Counted from the first letter of the stretch, positions 8,013-17,422 are shown. The stretch: DNA of 64,000 nucleotides from an uncultured virus (IMG/VR IMGVR_UViG_3300026457_000001) (IMGVR_UViG_3300026457_000001); one strand, 5' to 3'. Numbers and translations: made by a program. The notes: generated by a model not told the origin, from the letters alone.

Positions 8013-8755
8013 AAGGATCAAAGAATCGACGGGAATGCGTCGTTTGCCAGTCAGTCTTTGTTATCCCAATCTTGAAGGGAAATCACAAAAGTCAACGACT
8101 GACCTGCAGTGCGCTTTGCCATCGCCGTTATGTCAGCAGAAATGCAAGGCGTTGGGTCAAAGGTGAATTGGACATTATCGAACAGCTCAGCACCTCAATG
8201 CCGCCGAAGCGGTTGTACATGACGTATTGCCGAATGGCGGCAGAGCGTGGATTCCCCAAACGATCAGAGGCCGCGTTTCGCTGCAAGCTGCGGTTGCTTG
8301 GCATTCCTTTGATGCCGGAGCTGGACTGGTACAAACTGAATCAGTTGGCCGAGATGTTCGATACAACAAGACACTTGGTTTACAAGTTGGTGAAAAAAGG
8401 TTTGAGGGCTGAACGCGAATCAGACCACCCAAATCAGCCTTGGTTTGTAAGCCGCGCAGAGCTAAGGCGTTTCGCCCGCAAGCGCCCTGAACTGTTCAGG
8501 CACTTCAATCCAGATGGCCTGTTTGTCGCGCTTGAGGATCGCAAGCTTGTTGAGCTGATCATGGCGCAACCCAAGGTGCACCTACCCAATCGCTACAACC
8601 CCACAACGGTTAGGTGCGTGGAAACAGGAAATATCTACAAGAGCTATAGGGCGGCGGCCAGGGAGGTGTTTGTTGATCCGTCGGCCATTTACGCATCGGC
8701 TAAGCATGGCCACAGGGCAGGCGGTTACCACTGGGTTGTCGTATCTCAAATTTAA
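8009..8755 (+). CDS. DNA-binding protein with Zn motif, HTH and C-terminal NUMOD1-like domain
   Basis: CVVC..CSALC; VRCVETGNIYKSYRAAAREV..AGGYHW. Confidence 0.6.
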   Translation: MKGSKNRRECVVCQSVFVIPILKGNHKSQRLTCSALCHRRYVSRNARRWVKGELDIIEQLSTSMPPKRLYMTYCRMAAERGFPKRSEAAFRCKLRLLGIPLMPELDWYKLNQLAEMFDTTRHLVYKLVKKGLRAERESDHPNQPWFVSRAELRRFARKRPELFRHFNPDGLFVALEDRKLVELIMAQPKVHLPNRYNPTTVRCVETGNIYKSYRAAAREVFVDPSAIYASAKHGHRAGGYHWVVVSQI

Positions 8756-8764
8756 GGGTATACT
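8736..8764 (+). promoter_or_regulatory. Sigma70-like promoter with GGGTATACTCC box
   Basis: TTGTCG-17-TATACT upstream of the SSAP gene. Confidence 0.7.
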
Positions 8765-8818
8765 CCAGATGGGTCCGAAGCCCCGTCCTCTCCGATCACC
8801 ACACATCACCGCACGCTT

Positions 8819-9529
8819 ATGACTGATTACCCCAACCTCGGGGATGTGATCACTCAGGCTGATGTATCAACCAAAGGAACCGGCTCCTACGCCGCTGATT
8901 ACATCAACTGGTGTCGCGTTTCCCACCTACTTCACGACCATGCGCCTGGCTGGCAGTTCGCTTTACAGGCTCATCACGAAACAGGTCACGCATGGAAGGC
9001 CCCCGACGGAACCGCTTATGTGGTCGGGTTCTTTGAGCACGCCAGCGGCCACGAAACGCCGTACTTCCCTCAGGCGGTTATGGACAACCGCAACAACGCG
9101 ATTGCGTTTGAAAAGGTCACAGCGCGTGATCTCACCGATGCGCACCGCCGTTGTCTTTGTACCGCTGCTGCTGCTCAGTTTGGTCTTGGCTGGCAACTCT
9201 GGGCGCGGGAGCCGGTAGAAAATCCGCACCGTGATACCAAGCCTGCACTGCAGCAGGAAGCGCCCAAGGCCGAACCGTCCCAAGTGCAGGACACTCAGCC
9301 AAAGCCTGAACCCAAGACCAAGGCCAAGCCTGAATCCAAGATCACTTTCCTGACCGACGATCAGGTTGAGGAAGTGAAGGCCATGGTGAAGGCATACGAC
9401 AAGCGTGACGATCTGATTGCTGCCTTCAAAAAGCAGTTCAAGATCATGGCGCCGCGTATTGCTGATCGCATCCAATTCCCCGAACACAAGGAATTCATTG
9501 AAAAGTACATCGCTGAAAATCCCGTATGA
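8819..9529 (+). CDS. Sak3/DUF1071-like single-strand annealing protein
   Basis: DYINW..VMDNRN..RRCLCTAAA.FGLG.QLWARE. Confidence 0.7.
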   Translation: MTDYPNLGDVITQADVSTKGTGSYAADYINWCRVSHLLHDHAPGWQFALQAHHETGHAWKAPDGTAYVVGFFEHASGHETPYFPQAVMDNRNNAIAFEKVTARDLTDAHRRCLCTAAAAQFGLGWQLWAREPVENPHRDTKPALQQEAPKAEPSQVQDTQPKPEPKTKAKPESKITFLTDDQVEEVKAMVKAYDKRDDLIAAFKKQFKIMAPRIADRIQFPEHKEFIEKYIAENPV

Positions 9530-9708
9530 CAGGGCGCCGGCCCAAAACCGCAGAGGAACTCAACCGCAAGAAAAACCGCTTTTGTGTAGCGGCAAAACTT
9601 CCGGCTGATCTTCACCGTCAACTAAGGGCTTACTGCGCCAAATCGGGGCAGAACATCAATCAAGCCCTTCGCCACATCATCGCAACCTTCCTAGCTACTC
9701 ATGGCTGA
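9526..9708 (+). CDS. Ribbon-helix-helix (Arc/CopG-like) regulator
   Basis: VAAKLPADLHRQLRAYCAKSGQNINQALRHII. Confidence 0.65.
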   Translation: MTGRRPKTAEELNRKKNRFCVAAKLPADLHRQLRAYCAKSGQNINQALRHIIATFLATHG

Positions 9709-9997
9709 AACTGCCTTCACGGCGAAATTCCGAATCCAGGAAAATCGCAACCGCAAAAGCGACAAGTCACCCGAGGAAAACATCGTGGTGGACTTCACCT
9801 CAGAACAGGCCATGGCCGCGGCCAGCTACCTGATGACAATGGCCGAACAGGCGGAAGCCAAAGGCCAGAAGATCCGCATTTACACCGGCAAAGACGAATA
9901 CACCGAGCAGATCGGTTTTTCGTTGTGGGGCGGAAAGTGGGGCAACAAGGGCTCCTTTACACCGCTCAAGCCCGAATCCCCTGAATCCTCTTTCTGA
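9701..9997 (+). CDS. Hypothetical protein
   Basis: Conserved at 48202-48498. Confidence 0.7.
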   Translation: MAETAFTAKFRIQENRNRKSDKSPEENIVVDFTSEQAMAAASYLMTMAEQAEAKGQKIRIYTGKDEYTEQIGFSLWGGKWGNKGSFTPLKPESPESSF

Positions 9998-10341
9998 TGT
10001 CAACCATGATCATCCTTACCGATTCCCAACTTGTTGAGCTGAACAATCGCATCGGCCAGATTCAGCGCCTGATCGAAAGCGCACAGGTCATCAAAGCCGG
10101 CGCGGCTCAACCCAAGGCAGTAACCGACGCAGCCGAAACACCTTCTATCGTCAGCAAACCTCGCAAGGCCAAGCGTAAGCGCGGTGCACTCAACGAACAG
10201 AAGGTGGCTGAGATCAAAGCCCGCCTGGCTGCTGGCGGAGAATCAGCACAAAAGATCGCCAATGATTACGGCGTTCATGTCACAACCGTGAATCTGATCA
10301 AGTACGGCAAGACTTGGAAGAACGTTCAGGCATCCGCTTGA
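9997..10341 (+). CDS. HTH DNA-binding protein
   Basis: LNEQKVAEIK..SAQKIANDYGVHVTTVNLIKYGKTW. Confidence 0.75.
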   Translation: MSTMIILTDSQLVELNNRIGQIQRLIESAQVIKAGAAQPKAVTDAAETPSIVSKPRKAKRKRGALNEQKVAEIKARLAAGGESAQKIANDYGVHVTTVNLIKYGKTWKNVQASA

Positions 10342-10547
10342 TCTTTCATCAGTTGCAGCTCTAGGGCTGCGATTCGGTTGGTTGCCTGCTGCAGCAGCGT
10401 TTGCTGCATATTCCAGGCTCTGTACAACTGAGCGGCAATGGGGCCGGCGTTGGGGGTGTTCTCCAAGCGTCTGGCCTCTTTTTCTACGTTGAATTGGGAG
10501 GTTGGATCGACCTTAAGAGTCATCCAATCCCATGCTTCGTGATCCAT
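10326..10547 (-). CDS. Hypothetical coiled-coil protein
   Basis: Conserved at 48830-49051. Confidence 0.6.
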   Translation of the reverse strand: MDHEAWDWMTLKVDPTSQFNVEKEARRLENTPNAGPIAAQLYRAWNMQQTLLQQATNRIAALELQLMKDQADA

Positions 10548-10596
10548 GGCAGTGGCGGTAGCACATTCACGCTAGAGGCCGTGTCTACATCACGAA

Positions 10597-10627
10597 TTGC
10601 AACAGCACTGTTTTCGGGGTTTACTCC
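10597..10627 (+). promoter_or_regulatory. Sigma70-like promoter with GGGGTTTACTCC box variant
   Basis: TTGCAA-17-TTTACT. Confidence 0.55.
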
Positions 10628-10693
10628 GCCCAAATAGCCGCTACCATTCACGCAACCGGGGCGACCTGGCCAACCGACAACCCACACCGCACC

Positions 10694-10831
10694 ATGAAAA
10701 ACACTGTCTACAACCTGCTGCTGTTTGTCCTTCCGGCAGCAATCTTCGGCGTCATCATTCACGACGGATTGACACTCAAAACCGCTCACCACAGCGGCAC
10801 TCAGCACGCCATCTACACCACCACAAAATGA
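10694..10831 (+). CDS. 45-aa membrane protein (not in ORF track)
   Basis: MKNTVYNLLLFVLPAAIFGVII; ATGA-coupled to the next gene; conserved in unit B. Confidence 0.55.
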   Translation: MKNTVYNLLLFVLPAAIFGVIIHDGLTLKTAHHSGTQHAIYTTTK

Positions 10832-11127
10832 GCTACGTCGTTCTTTCCGCCCAGTGCGCCGGCATGGTTGCGCCTGTGATTCCGCTCGGCCAAAAGACCT
10901 ACAAAATGTCGCCTAATTCACGCGGCGTTAGAGCTGAACGTGATCTATGGCGTTTCCATCCCGGCATGCCTTGTTACGTCCGTGGCTGGCCGCAAGTAGA
11001 GGCAACAGTGATTGCCAAGGTAGAGGGCTGCTCATGGCCCACCTACATCGTTCAAAGCTTTTCTACCGGTGCCAGCTATCAAGTCTCCCAGCTCTATCTC
11101 TCCAAACGTCCCATCGAACAACGATGA
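10828..11127 (+). CDS. Hypothetical protein
   Basis: Same protein at 49332-49631 defines the start. Confidence 0.7.
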   Translation: MSYVVLSAQCAGMVAPVIPLGQKTYKMSPNSRGVRAERDLWRFHPGMPCYVRGWPQVEATVIAKVEGCSWPTYIVQSFSTGASYQVSQLYLSKRPIEQR

Positions 11128-11318
11128 AAACTCAACTTCAGCCCCAACCCCGTCGCTTCTACTTCACCATCCCGTCAATCAACATCTACGACTGGGTGGT
11201 GGCCTGCGGCTTCACTGAAGCAAAGCAACTGGCGCACGAAACATGGGGCACCCATTACCGCGAACTGCAGTGGCTAACGCCTGATCGCCATAGTGAGGTC
11301 AAACTCCCTCGTTTTTGA
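11124..11318 (+). CDS. Hypothetical protein
   Basis: Same protein at 49628-49822. Confidence 0.7.
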   Translation: MKTQLQPQPRRFYFTIPSINIYDWVVACGFTEAKQLAHETWGTHYRELQWLTPDRHSEVKLPRF

Positions 11319-11713
11319 TGGCACGCCCTCACAACGCCAAGCTCTCGCCTACTGACATCATCTACATCCTGCAATCCGACAAAGACAATTACACGTTGGG
11401 GCAGGAATTCGGTGTGACTCGGCAGGCGATTTCTTTGGTACGCAATGGCAAATTATGGACGGACGTTGCCCCAGAAATCCCGCGTATTCCAGTTCGCATT
11501 AAAAACAGCATTCCCAAATCCCGTCTTGCTGATGCCAAGCACTGCCACAACTGCACCGAATACAGACGCGGCGAATGCTCCTACGGCTTCCCAGAGGCAA
11601 TAGATGAACCCGAATTCGCCTCAGCCTGTTACCTCTACAGCCGAAATCCAGACCATTCTTCAACAGTGCCTTGCCGAATACTGGGCGCCACGGTTCAACA
11701 ATCACACGATTGA
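11318..11713 (+). CDS. HTH plus Cys-rich (CxxC..C..FPEA..C) protein
   Basis: LGQEFGVTRQAISLVRNGKLW HTH; HCHNC..CSYGFPEA..C.LY. Confidence 0.65.
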   Translation: MARPHNAKLSPTDIIYILQSDKDNYTLGQEFGVTRQAISLVRNGKLWTDVAPEIPRIPVRIKNSIPKSRLADAKHCHNCTEYRRGECSYGFPEAIDEPEFASACYLYSRNPDHSSTVPCRILGATVQQSHD

Positions 11714-11784
11714 TCATTACGCCCGTATGCACGCTGCACTACAGCCATTTATCCGCTATCAACAGGCAAACTGCCCGATAGCCA

Positions 11785-11982
11785 ATGGCGCCGATCAAGG
11801 CGGAAGCCAACCGATATGACAGCCCAAGGCATTACTGCTACGGAGCTGATTGGGTCGGTTATGGTCTCAACTCAGCCTTTGAACCGTGGTGCTGGGATGG
11901 CACAGCCGTATGGCGTGGTCCACTCTGCGACACAAGATCAGAAGCACTCGCACTAGCCAAAACCCATGCTGAATCGTGTTGA
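11785..11982 (+). CDS. Hypothetical protein
   Basis: Conserved at 50289-50486. Confidence 0.55.
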   Translation: MAPIKAEANRYDSPRHYCYGADWVGYGLNSAFEPWCWDGTAVWRGPLCDTRSEALALAKTHAESC

Positions 11983-12226
11983 ACTTGACCGGCGCCGCGC
12001 TGATTTCATGGAAACCCTCTACCAGCAGTACAGCACTGATCACACCTACACGGGTGTGTGGGAGCGTTTCGCCTATGACGTTGCCGGAACTATTCGTGAC
12101 TTGGATTACAGCGTGCTTCGCGCTGATCTCATCCGTGCTCTTGGTGTTACTGACAGTGAGCTGGCTAGCCGGTACGCTGATACTGCTATCACCGTTTTGA
12201 CAAGTCACCTACTGCCACGCAACTAA
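11966..12226 (+). CDS. Hypothetical protein
   Basis: Conserved in unit B (ends 50730). Confidence 0.65.
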   Translation: MLNRVELDRRRADFMETLYQQYSTDHTYTGVWERFAYDVAGTIRDLDYSVLRADLIRALGVTDSELASRYADTAITVLTSHLLPRN

Positions 12227-12228
12227 AC

Positions 12229-12462
12229 ATGGCCGTCAAAGTTCCATTCCTCAATCGTTTTGAAAATTGGTGCTTTAACGTCCTTGCTCGCAGTAAGCGT
12301 GTCGGCACTATTCAAGTCAGGCTGCGGCACACACCGGTGACCTACATCGTGCGCGATCTCAACGATCCGTGCGTTGAAGGCCAACAACCTGACGAGATGG
12401 CACCAGATCATTTCAACCTAGAGCGGCTGTTTCATATGCCGTCCTACGGCGAAGACGAATGA
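12229..12462 (+). CDS. Hypothetical protein
   Basis: Identical protein at 50733-50966. Confidence 0.65.
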   Translation: MAVKVPFLNRFENWCFNVLARSKRVGTIQVRLRHTPVTYIVRDLNDPCVEGQQPDEMAPDHFNLERLFHMPSYGEDE

Positions 12463-12463
12463 A

Positions 12464-12844
12464 ATGATCAACCTTTTCAACGGCCGAGTTGTTTTAGAAC
12501 GGCGAACGCTCGTTGAAAACTGGCGTGCCAAAGTCAAACTGCCCAAACAAGGCGGTGCCTTTGTCGTTATCGACCTTCAGACCACGAACCTGAAGACCGC
12601 CTTTGTTCGGGCTCACAATATCTACCAAAGCCTAAAAAAAGGCCAACAATACGAACAGCTCGATCCACCTGCGTTGACGCACCTGAGCTGCTGGGATTGC
12701 TGTCATTGGTCGGTTTTGCGCGTCAACAATGGCGGCAATGGCTGTGAATTTGAATTCCCCGAAGCCAAGCAGACCGCCTACGGTAAGTTCGCTGCCCAAT
12801 GCCACCTGTATGACGATGGAACCGATAGTGCTGAGCAAGACTGA
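12464..12844 (+). CDS. Integrase arm-binding-like domain plus Cys-rich domain protein
   Basis: NWRAKVKLP..DLQTTNLKTAFVRAHNIY; CWDC..CEFEFPEA..CHLY. Confidence 0.5.
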   Translation: MINLFNGRVVLERRTLVENWRAKVKLPKQGGAFVVIDLQTTNLKTAFVRAHNIYQSLKKGQQYEQLDPPALTHLSCWDCCHWSVLRVNNGGNGCEFEFPEAKQTAYGKFAAQCHLYDDGTDSAEQD

Positions 12845-12989
12845 ATTTGACGATGGTAGTTATATCGAAACCCTTGAACCTGCTGATGGCGGTGAAATGT
12901 ACTACCGCACTTGCTACCAAGGAATGTGTAGGTATTCAAGTGATCTTTGGCAGGCGCAGGTTTACCAACATCAAATGACAAGCCCTTAA
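12816..12989 (+). CDS. Hypothetical protein
   Basis: MEPIVLSKTEFDDGSYIET; conserved in unit B. Confidence 0.6.
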   Translation: MEPIVLSKTEFDDGSYIETLEPADGGEMYYRTCYQGMCRYSSDLWQAQVYQHQMTSP

Positions 12990-13014
12990 GTCACTGGCGG
13001 CGCAAGCCGCTTTT

Positions 13015-13326
13015 TTATTCCTGATTAACCCAGTCCATGATCCTTGCCTCGCCAATCTCCGACCAAAACGGCAAACTTCTATACCAAACCCTCCAATCTT
13101 TATGTCCTTTTGACATATTGCACCCGAAACAACACGCCACAAGGTTATTCATTTCGCTCGTGCCACCTTTGGCTTTCGGCAATACGTGATCAAGCGTTGG
13201 TGACCTGCCTAATGGTTCAAAGCAATACGCGCAGTGATAATTAAAGTGCAGCAATACCTGATCACGGAATCTTCGCTTTGCATCACGTTTGCGTACAAGC
13301 TCGGTGCCATCAATGTGCTCAACCAC
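13015..13326 (-). CDS. HNH endonuclease
   Basis: CAYC..TLDHVLPKAKGG..NLVACCFGCNMSKG. Confidence 0.9.
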   Translation of the reverse strand: MVEHIDGTELVRKRDAKRRFRDQVLLHFNYHCAYCFEPLGRSPTLDHVLPKAKGGTSEMNNLVACCFGCNMSKGHKDWRVWYRSLPFWSEIGEARIMDWVNQE

Positions 13327-13369
13327 GCGGTAGCCACTGATTTTCTAAACGGTAGCCACGACCACCGAT

Positions 13370-13540
13370 ATGAATTACTACATCAAGCTTCCTGACAGAA
13401 CACGGGTCGGGCCATTCCGTACAGTTGGCGCCGTTCAGCTATGGGCTCACCAGCGTGGGTATCAGGAATTTTCTATACATTTCCTGCAGAGTCCCGATCT
13501 ACCCAATGAGCTACGACACGAGCAAGGGCCAGATCACTGA
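13370..13540 (+). CDS. Hypothetical protein
   Basis: MNYYIKLPDRTRVGPF; homolog at 51861-52043. Confidence 0.55.
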   Translation: MNYYIKLPDRTRVGPFRTVGAVQLWAHQRGYQEFSIHFLQSPDLPNELRHEQGPDH

Positions 13541-13544
13541 GCAA

Positions 13545-13578
13545 TAAAAAAACCGCCCAGCCTTGACTCTGAGCGGTT
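13545..13578 (-). terminator. Rho-independent terminator ending the late/lysis operon
   Basis: aaccgctcag-loop-ctgggcggtt-ttttt on minus strand. Confidence 0.7.
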
Positions 13579-13599
13579 GGATCCTTCTCCCAGCTCAAT

Positions 13600-14151
13600 C
13601 TAGGGAGTGACGACAACAGAAGCCTTAAAAGTTTCCCAAGATGGCATGACGGTTGTATGACCGTTGTAATGACCGATCTCGGCGTAGGACCGCTCAGGGT
13701 TATCAGAAAGTGGCATGAAGACCATTTGACCAATTAGTAGGCCAGGCCACAAAGCAACCTTGTGCTTTACGCGTACATTTTTAAGCTCAAGCGTCAGCCT
13801 GCTGCCATGCCACCCAGGATCACAAAATCCGGCCAGCATGTGCTGAATGCCAGAACGGGCACGGCTTGATTTCAGTACAAACTGCGCAGCAATCGCCGGG
13901 TCATCAGGCAGGTTGAAGATCTCTTCCGTTTCGGCAAGGATGAATTCACCTGGCTGCAGCCAATACGGATCTTCCTTTGTGTGGCCGGCAATGCTGTGCC
14001 TGATCAGCTCGGGCGTTTCCGCAACCTCAAGCATGATGTTGTCACCCAAGGCCACGTCATAACTAGCCGGGTTAAGGCGCTCAGGATCAAACGGATGAAT
14101 CAGCGCATGGCTTTGGCACAGTGCGCGAATCTCCGAATCAGGCAGCAGCAT
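13600..14151 (-). CDS. dcd: dCTP deaminase
   Basis: NPASYDV.LG, LKSSRAR.G, AGFCDPGWHG.LTLEL, IGQM.F. Confidence 0.92.
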   Translation of the reverse strand: MLLPDSEIRALCQSHALIHPFDPERLNPASYDVALGDNIMLEVAETPELIRHSIAGHTKEDPYWLQPGEFILAETEEIFNLPDDPAIAAQFVLKSSRARSGIQHMLAGFCDPGWHGSRLTLELKNVRVKHKVALWPGLLIGQMVFMPLSDNPERSYAEIGHYNGHTTVMPSWETFKASVVVTP

Positions 14152-14157
14152 TCAAAC

Positions 14158-15210
14158 TCAATAATCCCAGCGGACTCTAGGACGCCCTGGCCGGATGCCG
14201 ACGTGAATGAAACCTTTAGGTGCGCCATATCCAAGCGAGTAACCCCAGTGAGCATCAGCCCACTTCTGCAGCTCATAAGTATTTACGCCTTCAACGTAAA
14301 AATCAATGGCTCCAGTATCAGGTGCGTCGTACAAATGCTCCGACCTAGCTGATCCGCCAGCCTCAGCGTTGATCTTCGCTGGCCTGTAGCCGCTTGTAAT
14401 TACTACTGGCTTATTGCCAAACGCCGTACGTGCACGCTCAGCAAATTGGCAAAGCATCAGCGCCGTATCGCATTGATGTTGCTTATTAAATCTTCTGGCC
14501 TCTTGGTTTAATGTCAACTCGCCGTATTTAATGTTCGGCGTTACCTGAAAATTGAACGGCTTATCAGGCGTAAAACGCACATCATTCGTCAGCGGTTTAG
14601 TGCCTTTGAGGAACAGATCAAGTTCATCACGCCGACGGCGTACCAAGCCTTCCAGCACTTTGCCGCCACCTTTGTTCCACCTCGGCAGCTCTTCCATCGC
14701 CACCTTTTGCGCATTTTCGCCATTGTTTAGCCGCTTACGCAACGTGCTATCCATCAATGCACCAGTACCAACATTGAACGCAAAGCTGATCAAAGCACAA
14801 CGCTGATTGTCTGTCAGCGGCACGCGGATCTGTGAATCAACAGCACGGGCAAAACGCTCAACATCAGACAGAAGCAACGCCTCAGCATCAGCTTCCGTGA
14901 TCTTCATTCCTTCCTTCACAGTTGGCCCGGTATGGCCATAACCAACAGTCGGTACACCAGCAGGACAGATATAACCTTCAAGCCGCAGACCTTCCCATTT
15001 TTTGATCAGATCAAGCGCAGGCTGCAGATTATTTTCCTCTTGCTTGCCAGATTGGCTCCAAGTCTTAAACCACGCCTGATCACGGCCAAGGATGTGCGGA
15101 TTTGCCTTGTTGATCGCCTCCTCAAGCTCGCTAACGGCGGCCATCTGATGTGGCAAGCCCGCCTTATAGAACCTGAACAGATCAATCAGGCGAATCTGAT
15201 TCTGCGTCAT
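14158..15210 (-). CDS. Endolysin: GH24 lysozyme plus peptidase M15 domain
   Basis: IKKWEGLRL..YICPAGVPTVGYGHT..GLVRRR; ITSGYRP..N..GG..SEH..AID..FIHVG. Confidence 0.9.
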   Translation of the reverse strand: MTQNQIRLIDLFRFYKAGLPHQMAAVSELEEAINKANPHILGRDQAWFKTWSQSGKQEENNLQPALDLIKKWEGLRLEGYICPAGVPTVGYGHTGPTVKEGMKITEADAEALLLSDVERFARAVDSQIRVPLTDNQRCALISFAFNVGTGALMDSTLRKRLNNGENAQKVAMEELPRWNKGGGKVLEGLVRRRRDELDLFLKGTKPLTNDVRFTPDKPFNFQVTPNIKYGELTLNQEARRFNKQHQCDTALMLCQFAERARTAFGNKPVVITSGYRPAKINAEAGGSARSEHLYDAPDTGAIDFYVEGVNTYELQKWADAHWGYSLGYGAPKGFIHVGIRPGRPRVRWDY

Positions 15211-15463
15211 TGCTCCAAGGGGCGTGAATGCTCATGGCGCCACCTAACAAGCGGCTGTCGCCAGTCTGCAGCGTATCGTCAATTTCGTGGTGCACAACAA
15301 CAGGCTTCAGCTCTTCCGGTTGCGCCTGATGCCACCCTTGCTCTTCACGGTCTAAGCGCGGCTTGAGCGTCTTCTCAAACTTCTGATCCTGCGCCCAGCG
15401 GCGTAAATGATGCCGCCAGTCCTTATCGCCAAACCGCGCCAGCCATACCGTATCAGCATTCAA
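15182..15463 (-). CDS. Hypothetical lysis-region protein
   Basis: Conserved at 53681-53962. Confidence 0.6.
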   Translation of the reverse strand: MNADTVWLARFGDKDWRHHLRRWAQDQKFEKTLKPRLDREEQGWHQAQPEELKPVVVHHEIDDTLQTGDSRLLGGAMSIHAPWSNDAESDSPD

Positions 15464-15597
15464 CGCTTTGGGAACAGTACCTTAAGGGCTTTCAGAATCA
15501 GTTGAATCCAGCTGTTTTCCTTGATCGGCAACAGACTGATGATCTCAGAGCCAGCAGCAATGATGATCGCAATAACGGCAGCAGTGGTGGGATCCAT
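15460..15597 (-). CDS. Small holin-like membrane protein (not in ORF track)
   Basis: MDPTTAAVIAIIIAAGSEIISLLPIKENSWIQLILKPLKVLFPKR upstream of the lysin; homolog 53959-54096. Confidence 0.6.
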   Translation of the reverse strand: MDPTTAAVIAIIIAAGSEIISLLPIKENSWIQLILKALKVLFPKR

Positions 15598-15629
15598 GGC
15601 GAATTAACGCTTTTCTTCAGTGTACGGCG

Positions 15630-15881
15630 TTATTTTTGCCTGCCAACCATTATTTCGATTTGCCTAACCCTCCCCTCAAGATCAGCCAGTCGCTCTTTGC
15701 TGTCGTTCTTTAGCTCTTGAATATCGGCGGCAACTGTACTGACCGATTGATCAAGCTTGGCAACCTGCATAAAAAGACCGCCCAACCCAATGACCGCTGC
15801 GGTCAATAGAGCTGGGACGGCTTGATTAAACGGATTTGGTGGTTCAGGCGATGCCGTGTATGCCTCTTCGTGGTTGTCCAT
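15630..15881 (-). CDS. TM plus coiled-coil lysis-region protein
   Basis: Single TM then heptad repeats; homolog 54129-54380. Confidence 0.65.
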   Translation of the reverse strand: MDNHEEAYTASPEPPNPFNQAVPALLTAAVIGLGGLFMQVAKLDQSVSTVAADIQELKNDSKERLADLEGRVRQIEIMVGRQK

Positions 15882-15913
15882 TTGGAGGCATAACATCAAC
15901 CCGTGCTTCTAAT

Positions 15914-16048
15914 TTAGCGACCTTGCCCACGTGTCTTTTTGCGACCGTGGTTAGGCAGGCTATTTTGCCCTTGCCCTTGACGAGTTTTTTTAGGCTTGCC
16001 GGGCTGATGGTCGATTCGCGCGGTGCCGGTTTTACTCTTGACGGCCAT
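15914..16048 (-). CDS. 44-aa basic protein (not in ORF track)
   Basis: MAVKSKTG..RGQGR; diverged homolog at 55000-55137. Confidence 0.6.
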   Translation of the reverse strand: MAVKSKTGTARIDHQPGKPKKTRQGQGQNSLPNHGRKKTRGQGR

Positions 16049-16503
16049 CAGTTCTGCTCAGGCCATACGGGGTAGTCAGCGCCAGTGATGTAGGCGGCAA
16101 GTTCGTCGGTGGTTGTGGTGGCCTCGATGGCAGTGATCTTGTCGCCAGTAGCTAGGCGAATATCTTCACGCCAAGTTTTGATGGCGGGATCAGCTTCGAC
16201 GCCGTTGTCTGCTTGGCGGATGATCATCCAATCCGTCGGCTGCAGCAAAGTGCCAGCAGTGGTGCGTGTCTGCTGCGACCACTCCTCAACCAGCTGGACG
16301 TGATCTTTGGGGATCAGATTTCCTTCGGCGTCATAGCCCCAGTAGAAGCGCTGATCATATGGCTGCGCATCAGGCTCTTCAGTGATGCCGATGGCGGTGC
16401 GCTCTTCAGGTGTTGCTAGACGCAGCCAGTTGGCGGGGTACTGGATGCCGTCGTGGGTGAACGCCACGTCTGGGCTCAGTGGCTTGCCGTCTAACAGAAA
16501 CAT
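16048..16503 (-). CDS. Tail fibre assembly chaperone-like protein
   Basis: QYPANWLR..LLQPTDWMIIR..WREDIR; follows fibre genes. Confidence 0.65.
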   Translation of the reverse strand: MFLLDGKPLSPDVAFTHDGIQYPANWLRLATPEERTAIGITEEPDAQPYDQRFYWGYDAEGNLIPKDHVQLVEEWSQQTRTTAGTLLQPTDWMIIRQADNGVEADPAIKTWREDIRLATGDKITAIEATTTTDELAAYITGADYPVWPEQN

Positions 16504-16567
16504 CTGTACTGGACCTAGACAGGAGGCACGTATGGCTGTACTTTACTCGGCCTTGTAGGCGACTACT

Positions 16568-17422
16568 GTGCCACACACCCTCCAAAGCGCATGGGCCGAG
16601 TTCCACGCGGAACGTTCCGCCGTCTTGTGTCCCACCAGTCTCATGGCGGACTACAGGCAAGTCGATAAGTGGATCGAGCGCTGTCCGGTTACGGAACTGG
16701 AGCAAGGCAGACAGGTTCTTACATGGATTTTGGGTCAGCAGCCCGTCAAGTCCAGCCGCCGTGTGGCGATGTATGTCAAGGCCCTTTACCGCTGGGTCAG
16801 CAGCGAAGACATTGCCTACCTGCCTAAAAATCCGATTGCTAGTTTTCGGATGCCGAAAGCGCCCCAGATGGATGAAGAGATTATCGTGATTCCGCGCAGT
16901 GAAGTGGCGCTTTTGCTTACTGCATTGGAAGCTCGCCAAACAAAACGTGGCGCACGGTGGTCAGCTTATTCAGAATTTATGTTGCAGACAGCAATGCGTA
17001 CAGGCGAGGTTCGCGCTGCCAAGTGGACTGACCTAAAGGATGGAAAACTGTTGATCCACTGCAATTACACCCTTACGCACGGCTTAAAACTTTCCACAAA
17101 AACAAACAAAAAACGCGTTGTGCCTTTAAACGAAAAGTGCATGGATATTCTTGAATCTGTTGACAAGGACAACGAATATATTTTCCCGTACAACAGATAT
17201 GCGTTCCAAAGCTTTTTCTATGACAGAGCGAAGGAATTGCACAGCGCCGGATTAACTAGCCACCGTTACCGGCCATACGATCTGCGCCATACAGCAATCA
17301 GCCGGTGGATTGAGGCGGGAATACCTGTGGCGCAAGTCGCTAAATGGGCTGGTAATACAGCTGAGGTTATTTGGAAGCACTACTGCAATACGACACAGGA
17401 CTACGAAATGCCGACGCTTTAA
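16568..17422 (+). CDS. Tyrosine recombinase (short, no arm-binding domain)
   Basis: TAMRTGE, TKT, YDLRHT, WAGNT..IWKHY catalytic motifs; 284 aa. Confidence 0.9.
   Translation: MPHTLQSAWAEFHAERSAVLCPTSLMADYRQVDKWIERCPVTELEQGRQVLTWILGQQPVKSSRRVAMYVKALYRWVSSEDIAYLPKNPIASFRMPKAPQMDEEIIVIPRSEVALLLTALEARQTKRGARWSAYSEFMLQTAMRTGEVRAAKWTDLKDGKLLIHCNYTLTHGLKLSTKTNKKRVVPLNEKCMDILESVDKDNEYIFPYNRYAFQSFFYDRAKELHSAGLTSHRYRPYDLRHTAISRWIEAGIPVAQVAKWAGNTAEVIWKHYCNTTQDYEMPTL

Noticed and set aside
16551..16567. GTAG-GCGA-CTAC just upstream of the recombinase as a further site
   Set aside because: Only the GACTA half matches and the spacing is wrong; not counted
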